Source of the DNA: Bacteroidota bacterium
Lineage (GTDB): Bacteria; Bacteroidota; Bacteroidia; Chitinophagales; Saprospiraceae
DNA: 64,000 nucleotides
Assembly (NCBI GenBank): GCA_016234735.1
Contig: JACRAN010000338.1
Location: forward strand, 11,441-75,440
Reading direction: 5' to 3'
Positions 48,067-54,547 of the stretch are shown here, in pieces; the first letter of the stretch is position 1; the number at the start of each line of letters is the position of its first letter. The position numbers were made by a program, and so were the translations under genes. A model generated the notes under the pieces. The model did not search any database and was not told where the DNA came from. It was given only the letters and a program-made list of their open reading frames with translations.

Positions 48067-48120
48067 AGAAAACGGTAGGGTTCTTTGAGGAAACGGTAGT
48101 TCTTTTTCGATAAACGGAAT
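48067..48120 (-). promoter_or_regulatory. phased direct repeats (candidate LytTR operator) upstream of paralog 2
   Basis: Three copies: AGAAAACGGTAG (48067-48078), AGGAAACGGTAG (48088-48099) and a degenerate GATAAACGGAAT (48109-48120). Start-to-start spacing is exactly 21 bp. Confidence 0.5.
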
Positions 48121-48230
48121 TAATAATCTTAATAATCCTATCCTAAGTCAAAGACAATTTTACTTTTGCAAGGCTGATTAAAGCACTAAATTACTTTTGG
48201 CAACTACACACACATTTTGACCGGCAGGGC

Positions 48231-48303
48231 AAAAAAAATTCCCGCACCCCAGGAGGGACTAAAGGTGCAGGAAGATTAAACAAACATACTATGAGAAAAC
48301 TGT
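48231..48303 (-). ncRNA. candidate small RNA, paralog 3 (also the terminator of the kinase operon)
   Basis: Minus strand: an exact TATATTTG box 4 nt before AGTTTTCTCATAGTATGTTTGTTTAAT. A 10-bp stem follows (TTCCTGCACC/GGTGCGGGAA on minus, with one G-U) whose loop contains CCCTCC, and then 8 T. It begins about 55 nt after the HK stop. Confidence 0.45.
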
Positions 48304-48366
48304 GGCAAATATATTTTATTATTTTTAAATGATAAAATATTTTCACAGAAAAGGTCTTGAATTTCA

Positions 48367-50280
48367 TCACTTTATCTGAATATCCATGATGGGTATCAAG
48401 ACTTCGACTTTCGTTCCAAGTGCCTTGCCGGTTATTTCATCTTCCAAGTCAATGATTTGCACCGCTGTCAATTCAAGATTCCTTGATTGCAACAAGATTT
48501 GAAGCCTGTCCTGGGTAATCCTTGTGCCCATCGACTTGTGATCCTTGAAACCCGGATTTTTTTCCTGAAGCTCCCTGGCTTTCTTGCGGCCAATCCCGTC
48601 ATCTTCGACAATGCACAGAATGGTATTTTCGTCGTGGAAGGTAAATTCTACTTTGATAAGGCCTTTTTTCTTTGAACGGATACCGTGTTCGATTGCATTC
48701 TCCACATAAGGTTGGATAATCATGGTTGGAACACCGTAGATGTCCTCCTCTATTTCCTCATCGATAATTATTTGATACTCAAGTTGGTCCTCAAACCGCA
48801 AATTCATGTTGATTTCGAGGTAATTCCGAAGGAATTCGATTTCTTTTTCCAATGAAATGACTTCCAATTCCGAATATTCCAGGCTTTGCCGCATGAGGTG
48901 GGCAAACTGTGCGAGATACTTAGCTGCCTGCGCAGTGTCGTTGGAAGTGATGCAATTTTGAACAGAGTTCAAGGCATTGAAAACAAAGTGCGGGTTCATC
49001 TGTGCCCGCAAAGCCTTGAGTTGGAGGCCCGCAGCCTGGAGTTTGAACATCTCGGCTTCTTTTTCCTTTCGTTCGGCCGTGAATTTTATTTCAAGTTCCC
49101 TTATTTCCGTATTTTTTTCTTCAAACAGAAAACGTTCAACCGCCTGATTGTACAAAATCTGGTAGTCGTAGGCATTTTTAAAGTCAAGTTCCTTGGCATA
49201 CAAATCGGCAATGTTCTTCAAAATCCCGGTGGCTTGGCGGTAATCTTGTCCCTTCTTGGCAAATTCCAGGGCTTTGAAGTAGTGTTTGAGCGCCTTTTTT
49301 GCTTTCTCTTCTTCAAATATCTTAGCCCGCCACCACTCGATGTTAGCGAGATTTTTATCCCTTTTCTCTTTAAACAACGGGTAGGCCGTTGAAAAAAGCT
49401 CCAAAGCTTCCTTGTACTGCCGTTTGTTCAGGTAACAATATCCCAGATTTGCGTAGGCAATTGCCCGTGCCTGCTGGTTTACATCATCCACTACTTTGAT
49501 GGCTTTTCTAAAATACAGGCCGGCGTTGTCAAAATCCTGTATCGTCATGTAGCCATTGCCCACATTGAGGTAATGCCAGGATAGACGGGACCGCATGCCA
49601 TTTTTTTCACAAAAATCGACTACGTTCAGGTAGGCCTGAATACTCCGCTGTGGTTCATTAAGCAATCCGTAAATGGTACCTAAACCACTTTGAATCAGGG
49701 TGAAAAAATGAAAATCTTTCAAGTCAGGTGTACCTGCCAAATTCTGTATTTCAACTTCACAATCAAGAAATGCCTTGAGTGCTTTGGGGTAGTTTGCAAA
49801 CTTCAGATGGAAAAAGCCTTCCCTGCATATCAATCGAACCCGGAGCCGGTCATCGGGGAATGATTCGAGGTATTTGGAAGCCTGATTCAGGTAAAATCGT
49901 GCCCTGTCGGTTTGGTCGAGATTCAGCAAAGTGCCAGCGTAGTCAATGTAGGTTTCGGCCAATTGGTTGACATCCCCCCGCTCACCGAGAATTTCGAGGG
50001 CTAAACGAAAATGGATTTCGGATAGGTTATAATTGTACAGTTGGTTTTCTACCAGTGCCGTGTTCAGGTGGTAATTGAGGCGGATGTCAGGATGGTCGTA
50101 CTCCGCAAAGATTTCAAGGATTTCGGCCAGGTATTTCTGGGCTTTGGTAATGTCTGAAAAAACTAATTGTGAGGAGAGTTTGTCCAGCGTAGTGAGCCTT
50201 TGAAGGCGTTCGTCAATGAGATGCAGGTTAGATTCCAATTTGATAAGATTCTCGTTGGTATCTGGATAGGTGTGTATCAT
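48367..50280 (-). CDS. TPR-repeat sensor histidine kinase, LytS/YehU-type, no TM segment
   Basis: 637 aa from the ATG at 50280. About 400 aa of TPR-like repeats (e.g. YANLGYCYLNKRQYKEALELF) precede a coiled coil. The His_kinase motif is MNPHFVFNALNSV, and the HATPase has QPYVENAIEHGI ... VEDDGIG. I see no hydrophobic TM stretch or signal peptide. Confidence 0.85.
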   Translation of the reverse strand: MIHTYPDTNENLIKLESNLHLIDERLQRLTTLDKLSSQLVFSDITKAQKYLAEILEIFAEYDHPDIRLNYHLNTALVENQLYNYNLSEIHFRLALEILGERGDVNQLAETYIDYAGTLLNLDQTDRARFYLNQASKYLESFPDDRLRVRLICREGFFHLKFANYPKALKAFLDCEVEIQNLAGTPDLKDFHFFTLIQSGLGTIYGLLNEPQRSIQAYLNVVDFCEKNGMRSRLSWHYLNVGNGYMTIQDFDNAGLYFRKAIKVVDDVNQQARAIAYANLGYCYLNKRQYKEALELFSTAYPLFKEKRDKNLANIEWWRAKIFEEEKAKKALKHYFKALEFAKKGQDYRQATGILKNIADLYAKELDFKNAYDYQILYNQAVERFLFEEKNTEIRELEIKFTAERKEKEAEMFKLQAAGLQLKALRAQMNPHFVFNALNSVQNCITSNDTAQAAKYLAQFAHLMRQSLEYSELEVISLEKEIEFLRNYLEINMNLRFEDQLEYQIIIDEEIEEDIYGVPTMIIQPYVENAIEHGIRSKKKGLIKVEFTFHDENTILCIVEDDGIGRKKARELQEKNPGFKDHKSMGTRITQDRLQILLQSRNLELTAVQIIDLEDEITGKALGTKVEVLIPIMDIQIK

Positions 50281-50417
50281 TAGGTGCAGTGTTTCAAATT
50301 TGAATGAGAAATCCAGAATGTTCGAATAAAAACACCTTGGCATTAAACATAAAAGAGGCAACACACACGTTGGTGCAGCCTCTTCCGAACAAACCTGACA
50401 AACTTACTTCCCGGAAA

Positions 50418-50594
50418 TTATTGTGGCAACTCACCTTGGCAGGGAGCCGGACTGAAAAGCCCGGAAAAAAAGCCTTTTTTCCTAATTTCGCTGGCATTTT
50501 CATTGCCTCCCAGGAATTCGCCCATCTCAAATTTTTTCAATTGATTTAGGTCGTCGAGTTCACCGAGGTTCTTTTTTTTGGTAGTCCTCCCCAT
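50418..50594 (-). CDS. small precursor peptide with double-glycine (GG) leader
   Basis: MGRTTKKKNLGELDDLNQLKKFEMGEFLGG then NENASEIRKKGFFSGLFSPAPCQGELPQ. The leader has hydrophobic residues at -4, -7, -12 and -15, E at -8, and GG at -2/-1. An alternative in-frame ATG at 50630 would add 12 aa. The gene sits between the RR and HK genes. Confidence 0.6.
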   Translation of the reverse strand: MGRTTKKKNLGELDDLNQLKKFEMGEFLGGNENASEIRKKGFFSGLFSPAPCQGELPQ

Positions 50595-50844
50595 AGCATC
50601 TAAGTTTTGAGTGAAAAATCTGAAGTTCATAGTGTTCTCGTTTATTCTGACGAGTTAAAAGTATGTGCGTTCTCCGGTTCCAAAGATAGGGACTTTTCAG
50701 AGTATCCAAAGTCTCCCGACAAAAATTGTCTGTGTAGCCAAAGCCGGGCTGGATGTAGTTCGCCTCTCAAAAAATCCTACTTGGTTGCGGGTTGCCTCCC
50801 ACCAACACTTTTACTCTATCGGTTAAAAAATGTGTAAGTTACAT

Positions 50845-51654
50845 TTAAAGTGCCTCTTCCAACCTCCTCATTTGCTCCATGAAAGCCGGACGCCTCCTGC
50901 GCGAAACTTCGATTTTTTTGCCATCGTCCATCACAAGGTAGCCTCCATCACCTTTGATAAACTTCCGAATATAATTCAAATTGATCACGTGACGCTTGTG
51001 GACCCTGTAAAAATTCAAGACTTGTAGCATGTCCTCGTAGGCTTTGATGGTCTTGGATGCGGTAATCCGGTCACCGTTCGTCAGAAAAATATGGGTGTAA
51101 TTATCCTCGGCTTCAAACCGGACAATGTCTTTGATACTCACAAAGTAGATCCCATCCACTGCCGAAATACTCATTTTTTCAAAGGAATTCGGGTTGCTGA
51201 GTGCCTTGTTGAACAACTCTAGCCGCTCCTCAATCTTCTCGGAACGGTGCGCACGAATCCGGCTCACTGCCTGAACCAACTCATCGGGGTTGATGGGTTT
51301 CATGATGTAGCCGATGGAACTGTACTGGCAGGCTCGGATGGCGAATTCATTAAACGCAGTAATGAAAATGACCTCGAAATCAATGGGTTTCAATTCGTCA
51401 AGCATCTGGAAAATCAGACCATCGGGCAGGTTGATGTCAAGGAAGGCGACATCCGGCTTGAAATCAGGCTCCTCAAATAGTTCTAGCGCTTCCTCAATGT
51501 TCAGGGCATCGGCTACGACCTGAACCTCCGGGCAGTGATTGGCCAGGAGGTTTTTGAGGTTGTTCATGCTTTTGATTTCGTCTTCGACGATTAGCGCTTT
51601 GATCACGGGTATCGATTTACTGAGTTCCAAGGGCTGTGTTGGCATTTTTATCAT
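50845..51654 (-). CDS. LytTR-family response regulator
   Basis: 269 aa. The receiver domain has ALIVEDE and FLDINLPDG. The C-terminal LytTR DNA-binding domain has IVRFEAEDNYTHIF and FYRVHKRHVINLNYI. Confidence 0.9.
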   Translation of the reverse strand: MIKMPTQPLELSKSIPVIKALIVEDEIKSMNNLKNLLANHCPEVQVVADALNIEEALELFEEPDFKPDVAFLDINLPDGLIFQMLDELKPIDFEVIFITAFNEFAIRACQYSSIGYIMKPINPDELVQAVSRIRAHRSEKIEERLELFNKALSNPNSFEKMSISAVDGIYFVSIKDIVRFEAEDNYTHIFLTNGDRITASKTIKAYEDMLQVLNFYRVHKRHVINLNYIRKFIKGDGGYLVMDDGKKIEVSRRRRPAFMEQMRRLEEAL

Positions 51655-51857
51655 CTGCGTGTAAGTGTTTGATGGTCACAAAAATACATTTCCCCGTTTA
51701 GAATATAAAACCGAATGACTATAAAATTTTCCTGCAAATCATGGTTTTACACTTTATCAAAAATAACGTTTCCAAAGAGGCTGTGGCTAACCCATTACGG
51801 AATGTTTTTTTACTAATAAAAATGAAAAAAATTAACACCGCCCGATAATTCAGCACT

Positions 51858-52658
51858 TTACTTTGGTATTGCAATGCGTAATGCCTCATCAAAACTGACT
51901 TTTGGAAACACTTCCAGCTTCCCGCCCGCCGTCGCATCGAGTATTTGACGGCCATCTTTCTGGTAAAAATAGTTGGCTAAGTGGTACGACACCTCCGAAC
52001 CGTACACGTCCGCCAATTGCCACTGCTGCCCCTTGAAGTAGTCTGGGTGAAAGTGGTTTTCGTCATCGCCTTTGTAGGTCTGCACCTCGTGCGATTGCCC
52101 GGCCTGCTTGAAACTGTGGTCAACCCCAATTAAAAACACCCGCCGGAAGCCCATGTAGAAGGCAATTTGCAGGGAAACGAAAGTGACCGTGTTGCCTTCG
52201 CAAATGGGCTGGGCGATGTCCTCGTAAAAGCTCCAGAGGTTCAGCGTGTGCAGCCGGTGAATGTGGGGAGCCTCGGCGACGACACCTTTGGCTGCGGTGT
52301 ACGACAGAAAAACCGGGCACTTCATCGCCTCAAACTCCCTGGCGCTCTGCTCGATGACCAACTGGTTAACCGACACGAGGTAGCTGAGGTGGAGGTCAAC
52401 TTTTTCAAAAATCAAAAATATCTTGTTCTGGCCGAAGGTGTGGTAATTACGAAGTGGAGCCAGGTCCATGTTTTTCAAGGAGGGGCCGTTCCCGATGATG
52501 AAACAATCTTCACCTTTGTGTTTGTCCTTGAATTGGAGCAGGCGTTTGGCGTACTTCCTGCGCCAGGTAAGGTAGTCCCTGGCCTCTTCCCATTTTTTGC
52601 CGAAGCCGTTTTTTTCCAGCAAATTCAGTCCAAAAAGTGCGCCTTGTGGTCTTGCCAT
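51858..52658 (-). CDS. DUF115 / MptE-like (sialyltransferase-like) protein
   Basis: 266 aa. The CFIIGNGPSLKNMDL motif is characteristic of the DUF115/GT42-like fold, with a later LIGVDH segment. Confidence 0.65.
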   Translation of the reverse strand: MARPQGALFGLNLLEKNGFGKKWEEARDYLTWRRKYAKRLLQFKDKHKGEDCFIIGNGPSLKNMDLAPLRNYHTFGQNKIFLIFEKVDLHLSYLVSVNQLVIEQSAREFEAMKCPVFLSYTAAKGVVAEAPHIHRLHTLNLWSFYEDIAQPICEGNTVTFVSLQIAFYMGFRRVFLIGVDHSFKQAGQSHEVQTYKGDDENHFHPDYFKGQQWQLADVYGSEVSYHLANYFYQKDGRQILDATAGGKLEVFPKVSFDEALRIAIPK

Positions 52659-52661
52659 TTT

Positions 52662-53393
52662 TTACAAATCTTTTAAAACAGAACTGATGCCCCCGTCCAG
52701 CAGGAAGTTGGCCCCGTGAATGAACCCGTCGTTTTCCGAAGCGAGGAACAGCGCCAGCTTGGCCACGTCCGCCGGGTAGCCGATGCGCTGCACCGGATGG
52801 ATTTTGCGTAGCTCGTCCAGGGCTGATTCGTCGTTTTCAAAACCGGCCCGCAACATGTCCGTCTCGATGGCAGCCGGGCTGATGGCATTCACCCGCACCC
52901 TGCCCTCCAGGTCTACGGCCATGGACTTTGTCAGCCCCACGAGGGCGCTTTTGGAAGTGGCGTAACTGATGAAACCAGGCTTCGTCAGTTGCTGGTGGAT
53001 GCTGGCGATGTTGATAATGCTTCCCCTGCTTGTTTCCAAACGCCCCAAAAAAAGTTTGCTCAACAGCATCGGGCCGGTCAGGTTCACGTTCAGGGTTTCC
53101 TGCCAGTCTTCGAGCTTGATATTTTCCAATTTATCGAGCCGCTGCACGGCGGCGTTGTTGATCAACACATCGAGCTTGGGCATCACTTCATCGAAAATCT
53201 GCGAAAAACGGATGCGGTAGGCCGCATCCCTGACGAATTGATGTATGTCAAAATGGAGGAAACGGTCGCAATTCCCGTGAAAATCCTCCCGCATGTCCAC
53301 GCCATAAACGTAGAAGCCCTTCTCCCGAAAAGCCTTGGCGAGGGCCGACCCAATGCCGCCGAGTACCCCCGTAATGAATACATTTTTGCTCAT
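52662..53393 (-). CDS. SDR family oxidoreductase
   Basis: 243 aa. TGVLGGIGSALA (TGxxxGxG), NNAA, and catalytic YATSK (YxxxK). Confidence 0.88.
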   Translation of the reverse strand: MSKNVFITGVLGGIGSALAKAFREKGFYVYGVDMREDFHGNCDRFLHFDIHQFVRDAAYRIRFSQIFDEVMPKLDVLINNAAVQRLDKLENIKLEDWQETLNVNLTGPMLLSKLFLGRLETSRGSIINIASIHQQLTKPGFISYATSKSALVGLTKSMAVDLEGRVRVNAISPAAIETDMLRAGFENDESALDELRKIHPVQRIGYPADVAKLALFLASENDGFIHGANFLLDGGISSVLKDL

Positions 53394-53394
53394 T

Positions 53395-54330
53395 TCAAGC
53401 GATTTCTAAAAAACCGAACATCAATTTTATGGCCTGCTTGCTGGCCCGTCGCACGGCATCCACCGTGTTGGAGCCGTTGTGCGTACCGAAAATGCAGCGC
53501 TCAAAACCCCGCAAACCCGAATCGGAAGGCAACGGCTCGTTTTCAAAAACATCCAGTGCCGCCGAGTGTACCTTGCCCGACCGCAAGCCTTCCAACAAAG
53601 CCGCCTCGTCGATTATGCCCCCCCTCGACACGTTCACGATGCGCACCCCGTCCTTCATTTTTCCGATGGAACCGGCGTTGACCAGATGCCTCGTCTCTGG
53701 CGTGAGCGAGCAAGTAATGACCACGAAGTCGGCTTCCGCCAATTTTTCAGGAAAACTGAAAAAGCGGTACTTCATTTCATCCTCGTCCGTTCGGGCGGCG
53801 AAGGGGTCGTACACATTAGTATATAAGCCAAAAGCGTCGAGCATCCGGGCCGTCGATTTTCCAATATCCCCGAACCCGATGACCGCTGCCGTCTTGTCCA
53901 TCAACGAAATGCCCGCCGGTTTGGGCCATTGGCCTTCCCTCACTCCCCGGTCAATGAGGAAAGTCTGCCGGGCCAAACCGATGAGGTAGTGAACTGCGAG
54001 GCTGCCAACTTCTTCGCCGAACATCATCGGGGTGTTGGACACCGGGATGCCGAGTTTTTTGCAGGCTTCAAAATCAACGTTGTCCACGCCGACTCCCCAC
54101 TTCACAGCCGCCCGGAGCCGCCCGTTTTTTCCGGCCCGAAAAACCCGTTCGGTCGCCGGGTCGTCGCCGATTATCCAGCCATCCACCTGGGGCACGAGGG
54201 CGGTCAACTCATCCTCCGTGAGGGTTTGAACGACGTTGGGCGTGATTAATTCAATACCTTTCGCCTCGAATTCCGGGCGGAATTCGTCGATGAGGCGCAG
54301 CATGGGTGGACACGTGACAAGAACTTTCAT
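53395..54330 (-). CDS. D-isomer-specific 2-hydroxyacid dehydrogenase family protein
   Basis: 311 aa from the ATG at 54330. NAD-binding IGFGDIGKSTARML, and a catalytic-domain pattern (NVSRGGIIDE ... FGTHNGS). Confidence 0.82.
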   Translation of the reverse strand: MKVLVTCPPMLRLIDEFRPEFEAKGIELITPNVVQTLTEDELTALVPQVDGWIIGDDPATERVFRAGKNGRLRAAVKWGVGVDNVDFEACKKLGIPVSNTPMMFGEEVGSLAVHYLIGLARQTFLIDRGVREGQWPKPAGISLMDKTAAVIGFGDIGKSTARMLDAFGLYTNVYDPFAARTDEDEMKYRFFSFPEKLAEADFVVITCSLTPETRHLVNAGSIGKMKDGVRIVNVSRGGIIDEAALLEGLRSGKVHSAALDVFENEPLPSDSGLRGFERCIFGTHNGSNTVDAVRRASKQAIKLMFGFLEIA

Positions 54331-54547
54331 CAGATTTTTGAACAAAATAGTGCTTGAATGGCGGCTGATGGGCAGCCCTGACACAAAACCAGGGTTAAGT
54401 GCCGGGTTGCAAAGGTGATTGATAATTTCGACTTTTAAAAATGACCGGCGATTGTTGAAAACCATCCCCGATGTTCGGGAATCATTGGCCAACAATTATT
54501 TACATTGCCTTCCGATATTCGACTTTTTTCAAACTCATTTTTTTGAA

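Noticed and set aside
4304-48120. Shared AAACGG core between the palindromic element arms (GAAACGGAT words) and the LytTR-like direct repeats (GGAAACGGTMG)
   Set aside because: Only a 6-7-nt core is shared, the phasing differs (about 9-10 bp against 20-21 bp) and so do the flanking bases. It may be coincidence. It is worth a motif-enrichment test but is not claimed.
47524-48340. Plus-strand mini-ORFs starting ATGAGAAAACT (MRKLHSAK, MRKLESKIRPTVFG, MRKLWQIYFIIFK) after each hairpin
   Set aside because: Conservation stops right after the fourth codon, and lengths and sequences then diverge completely. The hairpins are preceded by A-runs rather than followed by T-runs on plus, so the structure fits minus-strand terminators. 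The AGGAG in the stem is 13 nt from the ATG, and this phylum does not rely on SD. I could not exclude them fully.
50765-50825. Possible fourth, degenerate copy of the hairpin module between the RR and peptide genes (AAAAAATCCTAC...CACTTTTACTCTATC)
   Set aside because: Only the A-run/TCCTAC start and a loose CACT..ACT.TAT end match. The stem is different (TTGGT/ACCAA) and the 20-mer is not preserved. That is too weak to call.
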